Assembly (NCBI GenBank): GCA_001784115.1
Contig: MFPD01000005.1
Location: 7,074 to 71,073, forward strand
Length of the DNA: 64,000 nt
Direction of reading: 5' to 3'
Source of the DNA: Candidatus Levybacteria bacterium RIFCSPLOWO2_02_FULL_37_18
GTDB taxonomy: Bacteria > Patescibacteriota > Microgenomatia > Levybacterales > UBA12049
The position numbers and the translations under genes were made by a program. This document shows, in pieces, positions 20,101-27,754 of the stretch (position 1 is its first letter; the number at the start of each line of letters is the position of its first letter). The notes under the pieces are model-generated. The model did no database searches. It saw only the letters and a program-made list of their open reading frames with translations, and was not told the DNA's origin.

Positions 20101-21558
20101 TAACAGATCAACAGTAGTATTGATTTGGTAAATTGCTCCATTTGACTGAGTCCACCAATTGATACCTCCGGATGTTGAGCCAAGCTGTGTCCAGGAGGAG
20201 CCGTTGCAATAATAGTATTGGGTCATAGGCCCGTCATAATAGAATCTTCCGGCTGTAGAAGAAGAGCAAGTGCCGGCGTCAGATTGAATACTCGGAGCCA
20301 GAGAAAGAGTGGCAGAAATACTGGCTGATCCGGCGATGTCTAATTTAAAACTGGAATCTGCGGTTGATTTTCCTAAAGCCAGGTTGTCGGTTGAAGTGGT
20401 TAAGGCAACGGAAGTTCCATTGTCTGTAAATCCTGAAATATTTAAATCAGAACTGCTGGGAGTAAAGGTGAGTTTGTTATTGGAAGTATCAATTGCAATA
20501 GCCAAACCTGATCCTGCTGCAAACGTAATGGTGTCTTTTGAATTGCCTGCATCAAAACTTGAGGAGCCTACAGTAATGGTTTTAAATACTTTTAAAGAAG
20601 AGCCGGTATCGGCGTTGGTAATTTTTAATCCATCAACGGTGATTCCATCTCCTGCCTCAAGTTTTAAGTCTCCTGTTTTGCTGCCTAACGAGATTACTCC
20701 GGTATTAGTGATTTTAGGACTTTGTCCGGAAGAGATTGAGACGCCAGTGCCTGCAGTTAGACTGTAGATAATGTTACCCGCAGTGAGTTTGCCTGAACCC
20801 AGATTTATATCTTTGTTGTCAGTTGAAATATTGCTGTTAAACTTTGCTTCGCCTTCAACTGTGAGAGTGTCGGCTAAAACAGAAGGCACATTAACTTTGA
20901 AGGTGATATTTTTAGGAATATCGGTCGCAGCCAGGACCCCGCTTTTACGTTCCAAGGCCTGGTCTTGCGAGGCTAGACCAGGGTGAGATAGTTCGGGCAG
21001 CCCTACTTCCAAAACTCCGGCTCGGTTGAGTGCGCCAACAAGCGAGGTGGAAAAGAGGAGCACAGCAAAGCCCATGATTATTCTTTTCTGAATAACTGTC
21101 AACGCTATGTCATTGCGAGGAATCTTTATTATCGAATCAAGTGTGTTTGCAGTGAAAAGAGAAGATTTTTTGGCGAGATTTGATATGGTTTGATATTCTT
21201 TGGATATTCTTGGATAGAGATTTTTGAGAATCTGATGAATGTCATTTTTAACTTGTTTGAGAAACTTACTTCTTGATTCATTTCGTTCACTCGAAGAAGA
21301 ACTAGTGGTGATCTCTTGAGATTGCTTCACCCCTTCGGGGTTCGCAATTACAAGAGAGGGAGATGTAGTGACAGTTGTCCCCCCCCCCAAGCTATAAACA
21401 CCTGTGAACTCCTGTACTTGTTTTAATGAATACCGTCTTTGGTTTCCGGGAGTTCTCCTGGGTGTTAATACTCCGTTTTTATCATACCGCCTTAGCGTGG
21501 TAATGGATACCCGAAGTAATTTGGCAGCCTCTTGAATAGTTAGTAATGTGTCGTCCAT
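14191..21558 (-). CDS. giant surface protein (2455 aa as one ORF): N-terminal Xis/MerR-type HTH (aa 1-55), G9-encoded GGG, signal/TM (MGFAVLLFSTSLVGA at 21075), long beta-rich repeat region, Gly-rich block, conserved DFAEYFRK domain, C-terminal domain ending NWWIVN
   Basis: continuous ORF; HTH LTIQEAAKLLRVSITTLRRYDKNGVLTPRRTPGNQRRYS; repeats DLLIGGTSSSSA.F.V; paralogous blocks shared with 21676..26985. Confidence 0.75.
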   Translation of the reverse strand: MDDTLLTIQEAAKLLRVSITTLRRYDKNGVLTPRRTPGNQRRYSLKQVQEFTGVYSLGGGTTVTTSPSLVIANPEGVKQSQEITTSSSSSERNESRSKFLKQVKNDIHQILKNLYPRISKEYQTISNLAKKSSLFTANTLDSIIKIPRNDIALTVIQKRIIMGFAVLLFSTSLVGALNRAGVLEVGLPELSHPGLASQDQALERKSGVLAATDIPKNITFKVNVPSVLADTLTVEGEAKFNSNISTDNKDINLGSGKLTAGNIIYSLTAGTGVSISSGQSPKITNTGVISLGSKTGDLKLEAGDGITVDGLKITNADTGSSLKVFKTITVGSSSFDAGNSKDTITFAAGSGLAIAIDTSNNKLTFTPSSSDLNISGFTDNGTSVALTTSTDNLALGKSTADSSFKLDIAGSASISATLSLAPSIQSDAGTCSSSTAGRFYYDGPMTQYYYCNGSSWTQLGSTSGGINWWTQSNGAIYQINTTVDLLIGGTSSSSAKFAFINVNSGTPTASVSGDLTLNAAGNIQTTKNQTLTIGGGSTGNILLAPANGTSASFVAPSTNNAVDLGSSALMWRNLYLNGNLISGPSGTVGFWQIGSGSLFTTQTTADLLLGSNATSSSKFAVLNLNGTGTPTASVSAQNASGQALVLSGDGSIQSVRNNTLTIGGSTTGNITLSPLNGSGTVLNTGTMNLSTGKTYQINATDVLSATTLGTAVVSSSLTSVGTISTGVWQGSVISPTYGGGVFDITSGALNQRNNTLDLLIGGTSSSSAQFHVYGVAQSGTQPAASVSANTSFAGFQIDNRGVGPLFTASSSGVPQFVIRNNGNVGIGNVPLPTAMLDVAGTASISSSLNFRNGTGTIQTTQMNTLTIGGTTTGTINIGNDATQRNITIGNSTSATALNFTSGTGAQTFTSSNATGTTTSGSWVFTGNSLTSGTGIYESSSSLTTGKLAQLSTGSSNTLTTGTLLDIRSTATSLTGTAGVGTFVNIDWSPGSSTTATGDLFALNIGSNGTTTGNLFNILDSGSSIFAISETGITTSLPLSETAPGDVSLAYDLVFTNPTSNFIKSQAPLYIQAGEVFNSTDLTLAAYNKGSVIVSAESFVINKAATIAAQLVVGGNGAYPPANIGTFYLTSGVNEAGGVLGKALAIFNQTESTDIFTASASGTTRLVLTNAGNLGIQTGVPTAALDVAGAASVSSSLNFRTGASSIQTTANNTLTIGGSTTGDILFNPSNAGAAGVVRPNTTNVTDLGTSSVQFRNIYGQTIYSNGSQLLNLWNQASGTLSPSIVTQDLLIGGTSTSAATFHMYGSAQSGTQPVASISARTSWAAFQIDNTTGDLLTASSSGVTQLRLTNNGALLANNYFAGINNNTNVRATGSTSGDGNNSGIYFQNSTGTNVGRIDTTEADPPSGINSDGALSVSGSTTINSTATTGATSGTVSSGQKAVTVASTTGLTANDIVLIMQMKHGTTANVGLYDKKYISSVDSATQITVDSNLDNTYTQTTVNRCNSSDTACFQVVRVPQYSSVTVTGTGTLTAPAWSTSTGVGGILWFETNGTVTINPGGTVTMAGKGYTGGSGGAGGAGGTTECGGSRTAGSGTAGSSGNGPASGGGGGVATNAGGIDGGSGGGCGLGGSGAGGTAGMGAGGGNATAGTDGGAGSAVNGGNSPAVAGGTGAIGSAGSAASAIGTPTITLRIVMGSGGGGGGGGAGGGKGYASSTGGAGGTGGAGGAGGGIIVINTSGTISNSGTVTVGGNAGSDGGAGDGGVNQGGGGAGAAPGGGGAGGTAWLNGGTVTAGTVTVTGGSANTTVGAGGNGGSCVTYSYGGGGGAGNPAGSGTTGCGNGNGSAGNTASVASGGGGGNGASDTSTTSALTGATGTTHGLLSIGAVALTSGQGTYSQTFTGTTTSPWSLTADSVSTANTMSLSVDGLTTGTGLDIASTATTGGASGNSKLINLSRSGANANASHTAYGLYSDVTNTGTTSTNVALYASASGATTNYAILAEGTNNATVSAFISNSSVNSDADVLALKVGTLTPTTTNYFVAFLTGNSSIAGKIRGNGTQNSVTYDTNGGDFAEYFRKTRNTTNSDGTLIDTNMSPGDLICLDEDGGAVKCSEKENQILGIFSDQAGFVGAGGHENDDNYVLVGLTGQLRVKVSTQSGTLKPRDFLTYSSTPGVAKKATKKGWVVGRALEDSEGKDRVNTLLGVSWYDPNIQFTGSGDLDIALSDTFSVTASNSAHLRGEVPAEAHLGGVSAPRNDISSMLVRLASLEEKVASLTAIQNTRNTQISSESGSLNIRSSDISDLLSRSEFSESATLSGTLTVLGRTLLSNVGITGTVQAGLLSIDGLNANISTLTGPLTLNTLAIDTNGNLFTKGIITTVKIQIDTSDALSASAGIATISAGLTSVQIKTTALTPNSLIFATPDTTPAAVSTQKINTNTFEIRIPEALEEKLKVNWWIVN
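14800..14883. repeat. palindromic element (gtcattgcgag...ctcgcagtgac) in frame in giant gene 2 (encodes HLRGEVPAEAHLGGVSAPRND)
   Basis: GTCATTGCGAG terminus with inner cctccgagg / cctcggagg palindrome. Confidence 0.7.
16000..16950. repeat. Gly-rich low-complexity coding block (GGxGGxGG...) with local GC far above the window average, inside giant gene 2
   Basis: runs of ggtgg / ggagg / ccacc codons; plus-strand ORFs here (16148..16432, 16499..17008, Pro-rich) are mirror-strand artefacts. Confidence 0.7.
21379..21387. repeat. homopolymeric tract C9 (G9 on the coding strand) encoding GGG, at the 5' end of giant gene 2 between the HTH and the signal peptide
   Basis: gtccccccccaag on the plus strand. 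Confidence 0.9.
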
Positions 21559-21675
21559 TGGGCAGGATTGAACCTATTTGGATAGATCTGTATAGGTTTA
21601 CTATTAAACTATGAAGACTTTTCACAGACTTGTCAAGAGGCAAATAATCTTATCATAAACTTATCAGGAGATTAA

Positions 21676-24600
21676 TTAATTTACTATTAACCAATTAAAG
21701 GGAATATCAGTTTTGGGTTGGTTGTTTACTCCCACAGTAAATGATTCATTTGGTACTTGGCGAAGGAGATACAAAACTTCATTATTTGTGTTGCCGTTTG
21801 GCGTGATATAAATAAGTGATTTTTCCGTCACCAAACTATTTCTAATGGTGAGTTCGGATTGGTATGCACTTATGGTAGCAATTCCTGCAGAGCCTGTGGC
21901 AATGATTTCCGAACTTGACAGAGCTAAAGCTTTACTGATCGGGCTTAGATTAAGCTTAGAAAATGTGCCGGAGCCTGAGGCTACTACATTTCCTTGTTCA
22001 CTCACTGCAAAAACAGCAGAGCCGGAAGCATTGGTAACAGTAAGCGTTTTTTCAAATGTAGCATTGCCTTTTACTTGCATATTTCCTTCGATATCAAACG
22101 TAATTAATCCGCCAAGGAAGTTAATACCTCCTTGTCTTAGCGGTTGGATTTCCAGACTGCTATCTAGCACATTAATAGAGTTATCTGTTAAAACAAGGCC
22201 GGTATTTGGGCTGCCGATACTAACAGTTCCTGTAAACGAGGCATCGGTAAAGGTGGAGGGACCGAGAGAAATAAAGCCATAATTAAACTTCGGAAAACTC
22301 AGAATACTCGGAGAATCAGATGAATTCAGATTTTTCAGATAATCAGATACGCTAAGGTTGTCTGCAATAATTGTTCCGGCGCGTAGAACTCCTCCAATGC
22401 TTGCATTACCACTATTGTTAAATTGTTCTATTGTTAAATTGTTAAATTGTCCAGATTGAGCTGTAAGTTGGCCTGAGAACGAGGCGTTGCCTGTACTATC
22501 TATAGTAGCAACAGCGCTGCCGGAGGCGTTTTGGACCTCCACGATAATGTCATTGCGAGGAGACACGTCTGACGTGTTCGACGAAGCAATCCCTTGAGAT
22601 TGCTTCGCTCCGCTCGCAATGACGAGTCTTCCGTTCACCACTACCGAATCAGAAGACAAGGGAGAAATGGTATCGGTATGGATTTGGTCAACGTAAGCAA
22701 TGGGAGAAACAACCTTAGTATCTAGTATTAAGTATTTAGTATTTAGTATATTCGTATTAAGCGTATCAATAGTTCCATTGGCAGCAGTGAGTGTTTGAGT
22801 TGCGAGCTCGGAAGTTTTGATAGAGCCTTCTACTGCGAGTTCTTTGGCATGAATGTAGCCGGCTTCTAGATTTGCAATAACAGCCTTACTAAAAGTTCCA
22901 ATACGATTTATAAGTTGGTCTGTTGCCTTGTTGTTTAAAGAAAATGATATGGTTTGGTCCTGTTGTGTTATAGTTTGGGGAACAGAACCAAATGTCGGAT
23001 CAAGATCAATCGAGAGATTACCGGTGTCAGTAAGATAAACATCGGGGTCGTGAAATGAAGGCTGGAGGATCGTGTTCACGATGCAGATATTATTGTCATT
23101 GTGAGGAGTACCGAGCTTGTCGAAGGATGACGAAGCAATTCCATCTGAAGTAGATTGCTTCACTTCGTTCGCAATGACAGAACAAGAAGGTTCTGAAAGG
23201 GCTCGGCCCACCACTCTTCCTGCCCGGGTTGCTTTCATGGCAACTCCAGGAACAGAACTGTTAGTAAGATAGTCTCCGGGTTTTATGTCTCCGCTCTCGG
23301 TCGAAACTTTTAAAGGCAACTGGCCAAGGAGGCCGACTAAAACATAGTTTGGGTCATTGTCATGGTCGCTTCCGCCGACAAAACCGGCTCTGTCTGAGAC
23401 AATTCCGAGGATATTATTGTTTGTTTGATCACACTTACCAACACCGCCGTCTTCTGCCAGACAGACAAGGTCACCGGGTTCAAAAGATTGCTTCGTCCTC
23501 CACGCTTCGCTCTGAGTCCTCGCAATGACATTACTTTTTCTAAAGTATTCTGCAAAGTCAACGCCGGTTGTGGAGTATTTGACTCCCCCTCCAAAACTTT
23601 GGATTTTTCCCTGAATCTGGCCGTTTCCATCCAGAAACGTAGTAAAATAATTTGTGTTTGATCCTGTTGTAAAACCTAATTTTAAAGCCAAGGCAACAGA
23701 ATTAGCACCTGTATCGGTATTTTCAATCATGGCTACTGCAGTTGCAGATTGACTATCGGAAACATGCAGTTTATAGGCAGGATTTGTGGTACCAATTCCA
23801 ACATTGCCGGTTGTACCCGAGACTAAAAATTTAGCAGCAGCAGTTGAATTTCCGCCAACCAGCAGATCATCAGTTATATTTGTCGGCGCAACTGTTCCAA
23901 GTGATCGTAAAAACGGCGGAGTCTGCCAGGTTGGAACACCGCCTAAGACAGTCAAAACTTGATTTGACGAGCCAATACTTCTTTTTGAAAGCGAAGTGGG
24001 ATTGGAAGATGCGGCATATAAAATATCGCCGGTTGAGTAGGTGGTTAGACCTGTTCCGCCATAATTTGCTTTTATTGATGTTGCCTGCCATGTGCCTGTT
24101 GAAATAGTTCCAACTTGTGTTAGAGAAGAATTTACAACAGCAGTTCCCAAAGTAGTTGCAGAGAGAACATCAGTTGCGTTAATTTGATAGGTTTTGCCGG
24201 AAGACAAGTTCATTGTGCCGGTATTTAGCACAGTGCCCGAACCATTGAGAGGGGAAAGAGTAATATTTCCGGTTGTATTTCCGCCGATAGTTAGGCTATT
24301 ATTCCCTGTTGTTTGAATACTTCCTGCTCCGGTTCTAAAACTTAAAGAACCGGATACAGAGGCACTTCCTGCTATATCAAGAAATGCAGAAGGGGTAGAA
24401 GTGCCAAAACCAATATTTCCTCCTTGAGTAATAACAAGATAGGAATTGGGGTTTGGCGTTGTTCCATTTACGCCAATTTGCAAATTGCCGGAAGTTGTAG
24501 AAATAGAAACAGCATAATCGAGTGTTTGTCCGCAGCCATCAGTAGTTGTGCATTGAACATGCAAAGAAGAAGGACCTACATATAGACTTTTAAATCGGGC

Positions 24601-26985
24601 AGAAGAGGATGCGCCCAAGTCAGTAACATTATCGGTTTGCGGGCCAAAATAGCCTGTGGCTTGAGAGTTTTTGGGATTGACAAGAATATTGCCGGTATTT
24701 GTTCCGCCAAGTGTGAGCGTTTGGTTATTGGTAGTTTGAATAAGGCCAGATACGTTATCAAAGGTAAAGTTGCCTTTGGAAATAATATTGCCGGATAAAC
24801 CTTCGATTCTCAGTTTTGATGAGTCAGACGCGGTTCCTCCAAGTATAAGATCATCGGTTGAATTCAAAGGCGAAATTACCTGGCTGTTTCTTTGCCACCA
24901 GCCCTGGGTTCCGGAAATAAGAGTGGGAAATACATTTTGAGTATAAATATTTTTCCAAGAAGCAAGAGGAGAGCCGATAGTATAAAGTCCGGTGTCAACA
25001 GGCGTAATATTTCCTTTGATATCAAGCGCATTTTGGGGAGCTGCAGTACCAATGCCAACCCAGCCGTCGCTGTCAATAACAAACTTGGTTGCGCCTGAGC
25101 TTGAAGCGGTAATAAGATCACCGGAGCTATTATTATTCACAATAAAAGAGGCAACCGCTGATTCAGTCGCGTTGATAATTACTTTATCGTCTATTTCAAC
25201 TGCTCCAGGGTTAAATTCTCCATTCATGGAGCTATTTATAATTGGTTTTTGAATATCAACAGAGCCAAACCCGTCAGGAGAAAGCTCGATATTGCCATTT
25301 GAACCCGGCACCGTGTTGAGAATTACAGACTTTCCGGAAAGTGTGAAAGTGCCGCCTGTGGCTTGAAATGTGGGAGAAGCATTTTGTCCGATGACTAAAT
25401 TTCCCGATGAGTTAAGAGACAGAACAACATTTTTTGCATCACCTTGGGTAATGGGCGAAAGTCCATCAAGAGTAAGAGCGTTTTGAGAGAATTGGGTGGT
25501 TGGGATTTGCTGACGGGGAGATAATTCTTCATCCGAGCCGACCTGAATGCCTAAAAAAAGCTTTTCGTTTTCAGAAAAAATAGATTCGGAAAGAGGGTTA
25601 TTTATTCCAAGTACAACAGAAAATGTTCCGTCAGAATTGGGACTTATGGTATGAACTTCTTTCCAAATTAAAGAATTTGAGAAATTGGTTGGGTGATTAT
25701 ACAAAGAAAAAGTTACATCTTTTGGGGAATTGATTGGATTATTGAGCCGATCCAGGAGTTTGCCTGTAAAAAAAAGAGTTTTTGGAGAAATATGAGTAGA
25801 AAGAATGGCTTTTGGCGGCGAATGTAAAAAATCAGTCTTATCGAAAAAGAATAATGTGCCACTCGTAACAATAATTATTAAAATGGAAAAATGAATATAG
25901 CTTGAAATTGGTGAAGCATGATATTGTTTGTACCATTTTGGTCTTTTGTGTTTGAGAAAAACAATTAATTTTTTATGGAAAGGAAGATAAGAAGTAGAGA
26001 TGGGCGCGTAAAAACTTTTGGGAATATTAGGAATATATGAAGATGATTGTTTTTGAAACAGTTTTAGAAAAGAGCTTTGTTTTTTTGCTTGATTGGCTTT
26101 TGCGAATTTTATTTTTTTTCTTAAAAAAAGAGATTCTGTCTGATTCACTAAAGCAGCCAGAGGAATGATAAAAAGATATTCCAGTATATAGTTTGATGCT
26201 TTAAGTAGTTTTTGGAATAGGCGGATGGGAGGGAAGCGAGAAAATAAATTGTCATTGCGAGGGTTTGAAAAACCCGAAGCAATCTCGAGATTGCTTCTCT
26301 CACTTTGTTCGCTCGCAATGACAGTGGGTTTATATTTTACATTCGATTCTAGGTCATCTACAGGTTTGATTATGCCTTCTTTTTCTATCCAGGCAAGATA
26401 TTTTCTTAGTGATGAGAGTTTTCTGTTGATAGATTTTGGAGCAAGCTTGGCTTCGTGAAGCAGTCTGTATTTGTATTCGTTAAAAAGAGAAGAGTCAATT
26501 TTTCTTAAGACATCTTGTTCTTTTAGGTTCCATGCATGGATTGCGCCGGTTACACGCTCTGCCCATTTTAAAAACTGGAGCACATCGTTAGTATAGTTTT
26601 TTATAGTAAGATTTGATGCGTTATAGACATACAAGTAGTTTTTAAATTCTTTTATGTGCCATATGTCTTCCTTTTTTGGAGAGGCGGGTAGAGATTTGTT
26701 AAAAGGATCTTTTAGAACAAGTCCTTCTAGTTTTAAGAAGCGAAAAAAGCTTCTCAAGGAAGACATATGTCTTTTAACTGTTTTAGGCGAAAGAGAAGTT
26801 TTTTCTTTTTTATAGATTTCGATAATGTGAGGAGTTATTTCCGGGGGGTTGAAGGTTTTATGAAAGGACTCTTGAAACCAACGGATAAACTGTCCTACAT
26901 CTGCCTTATAGTTTTTGACAGTTATTTTTGAAGGCTGTTTTTTCTGAGACTTCAAGAAAAGAATAAACGGTTGTAATAGATTCAT
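21676..26985 (-). CDS. giant surface protein (1769 aa): two tandem phage-integrase N-terminal SAM-like (core-binding) domains, in-frame palindromic element, TM helix (YIHFSILIIIVTSGTLFFF), giant ectodomain, conserved DFAEYFRK domain, C-terminal domain ending NWLIVN
   Basis: SAM-like pattern ITVKNYKADVGQFIRWF...LSPKTVKRHMSSLRSFFRFLKLEGLV and LTIKNYTNDVLQFLKW...APKSINRKLSSLRKYLAWIEKEGII; no stop between these and the TM/ectodomain. Confidence 0.75.
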   Translation of the reverse strand: MNLLQPFILFLKSQKKQPSKITVKNYKADVGQFIRWFQESFHKTFNPPEITPHIIEIYKKEKTSLSPKTVKRHMSSLRSFFRFLKLEGLVLKDPFNKSLPASPKKEDIWHIKEFKNYLYVYNASNLTIKNYTNDVLQFLKWAERVTGAIHAWNLKEQDVLRKIDSSLFNEYKYRLLHEAKLAPKSINRKLSSLRKYLAWIEKEGIIKPVDDLESNVKYKPTVIASEQSERSNLEIASGFSNPRNDNLFSRFPPIRLFQKLLKASNYILEYLFIIPLAALVNQTESLFLRKKIKFAKANQAKKQSSFLKLFQKQSSSYIPNIPKSFYAPISTSYLPFHKKLIVFLKHKRPKWYKQYHASPISSYIHFSILIIIVTSGTLFFFDKTDFLHSPPKAILSTHISPKTLFFTGKLLDRLNNPINSPKDVTFSLYNHPTNFSNSLIWKEVHTISPNSDGTFSVVLGINNPLSESIFSENEKLFLGIQVGSDEELSPRQQIPTTQFSQNALTLDGLSPITQGDAKNVVLSLNSSGNLVIGQNASPTFQATGGTFTLSGKSVILNTVPGSNGNIELSPDGFGSVDIQKPIINSSMNGEFNPGAVEIDDKVIINATESAVASFIVNNNSSGDLITASSSGATKFVIDSDGWVGIGTAAPQNALDIKGNITPVDTGLYTIGSPLASWKNIYTQNVFPTLISGTQGWWQRNSQVISPLNSTDDLILGGTASDSSKLRIEGLSGNIISKGNFTFDNVSGLIQTTNNQTLTLGGTNTGNILVNPKNSQATGYFGPQTDNVTDLGASSSARFKSLYVGPSSLHVQCTTTDGCGQTLDYAVSISTTSGNLQIGVNGTTPNPNSYLVITQGGNIGFGTSTPSAFLDIAGSASVSGSLSFRTGAGSIQTTGNNSLTIGGNTTGNITLSPLNGSGTVLNTGTMNLSSGKTYQINATDVLSATTLGTAVVNSSLTQVGTISTGTWQATSIKANYGGTGLTTYSTGDILYAASSNPTSLSKRSIGSSNQVLTVLGGVPTWQTPPFLRSLGTVAPTNITDDLLVGGNSTAAAKFLVSGTTGNVGIGTTNPAYKLHVSDSQSATAVAMIENTDTGANSVALALKLGFTTGSNTNYFTTFLDGNGQIQGKIQSFGGGVKYSTTGVDFAEYFRKSNVIARTQSEAWRTKQSFEPGDLVCLAEDGGVGKCDQTNNNILGIVSDRAGFVGGSDHDNDPNYVLVGLLGQLPLKVSTESGDIKPGDYLTNSSVPGVAMKATRAGRVVGRALSEPSCSVIANEVKQSTSDGIASSSFDKLGTPHNDNNICIVNTILQPSFHDPDVYLTDTGNLSIDLDPTFGSVPQTITQQDQTISFSLNNKATDQLINRIGTFSKAVIANLEAGYIHAKELAVEGSIKTSELATQTLTAANGTIDTLNTNILNTKYLILDTKVVSPIAYVDQIHTDTISPLSSDSVVVNGRLVIASGAKQSQGIASSNTSDVSPRNDIIVEVQNASGSAVATIDSTGNASFSGQLTAQSGQFNNLTIEQFNNSGNASIGGVLRAGTIIADNLSVSDYLKNLNSSDSPSILSFPKFNYGFISLGPSTFTDASFTGTVSIGSPNTGLVLTDNSINVLDSSLEIQPLRQGGINFLGGLITFDIEGNMQVKGNATFEKTLTVTNASGSAVFAVSEQGNVVASGSGTFSKLNLSPISKALALSSSEIIATGSAGIATISAYQSELTIRNSLVTEKSLIYITPNGNTNNEVLYLLRQVPNESFTVGVNNQPKTDIPFNWLIVN
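22549..22623. repeat. palindromic element (gtcattgcgag...ctcgcaatgac) in frame in giant gene 3 (VIASGAKQSQGIASSNTSDVSPRND)
   Basis: both termini present, inner gaagcaatc / gattgcttc arms. Confidence 0.8.
23096..23179. repeat. palindromic element (gtcattgtgag...cgcaatgac) in frame in giant gene 3
   Basis: termini plus inner gaagcaatt / agattgcttc arms. Confidence 0.75.
23487..23529. repeat. half palindromic element (gattgcttcgtcctccacgcttcgctctgagtcctcgcaatgac), identical to the right half of the intergenic copy at 27646-27692
   Basis: exact 43-nt identity with 27646..27692. Confidence 0.8.
26252..26323. repeat. palindromic element in frame between the SAM-like domains and the TM of giant gene 3 (VIASEQSERSNLEIASGFSNPRND)
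   Basis: gtcattgcgag...gaagcaatctcgagattgcttc...ctcgcaatgac. Confidence 0.8.
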
Positions 26986-27580
26986 GTTTGTATAATCAAT
27001 GTCTTTTACTTTTGTCTCGGTAGAAGAGTTGTTTTTGTTGGGCCTCGAGATTATACGAATTATACGGGTGTTTAATGATAGAAATTAATAAACTGTCATT
27101 ATTAAGAGTAGACTTTATATATCAAATTGTCAATAACCTAGAGTAAGCTAAAATTGATATAATTTTATATCTTAATATATGGTAAAAATTTTCATATTTT
27201 TATATTCCGGAGTTTTTAGCTTTGTTACGTCTTTAATTATCTTCACAAATTTCAAGTTCGGTTTTTATTCCGAATATTTTCTTATTTTTTAACTATATAC
27301 AAATATAGCATAAGAATGAATGTGGAGAAGAGTTCTAATTTTATTTTTTGATGACTATGTCCTATAGCTAGTATTACGCATAATAAAATTATATGCTATT
27401 TTAGCAATCGAAGATAAAAAGTGCCACACTATTTTTATGAGGAGATTTGGTTATAGATGTAATAAAAATGCAGGAAAATGCTTCATATTATTTTTCATAA
27501 GACACGCTCAAATTGCTTAGAATCTAAGGCTGTTTAGGATAAAAAACAAAACTAATTATACGGCTAAATAGTACATCACA

Positions 27581-27706
27581 CGAATTTCGCAGTTGTCATT
27601 GCGAGCGACCAAGTCAGACTTGGGAAGCGTGGCAATCTCATTGATGGGAGATTGCTTCGTCCTCCACGCTTCGCTCTGAGTCCTCGCAATGACAACTGCG
27701 AAATTC
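27581..27706. repeat. full-length (about 126 bp) two-tier palindromic element with extended arms cgaatttcgcagttgtcattgcgag / ctcgcaatgacaactgcgaaattcg; likely the intact form of the family
   Basis: perfect 25-nt terminal inverted repeats plus inner gcaatctc / gattgc arms; intergenic, upstream of the giant-gene block. Confidence 0.85.
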
Positions 27707-27754
27707 GTAATTAGGTTGAGAAGTGGGATGGAGGATGGGGGAATGAGGGCAGTT

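Noticed and set aside
21073-21075. Treating the N-terminal HTH (21400-21558) and the adhesin (from MGFAVLL 21075) as two annotated genes
   Set aside because: There is no stop codon between them in the sequence as given. I report a single ORF and flag the G9 tract as the likely switch or error point instead of inventing a boundary.
9364-26985. Diversity-generating retroelement targeting the giant adhesin genes
   Set aside because: I looked for a reverse transcriptase ORF and a template/variable repeat pair with adenine-specific mismatches. No RT-like ORF is in the window. The shared tract between giant genes 2 and 3 shows general, not A-specific, divergence.
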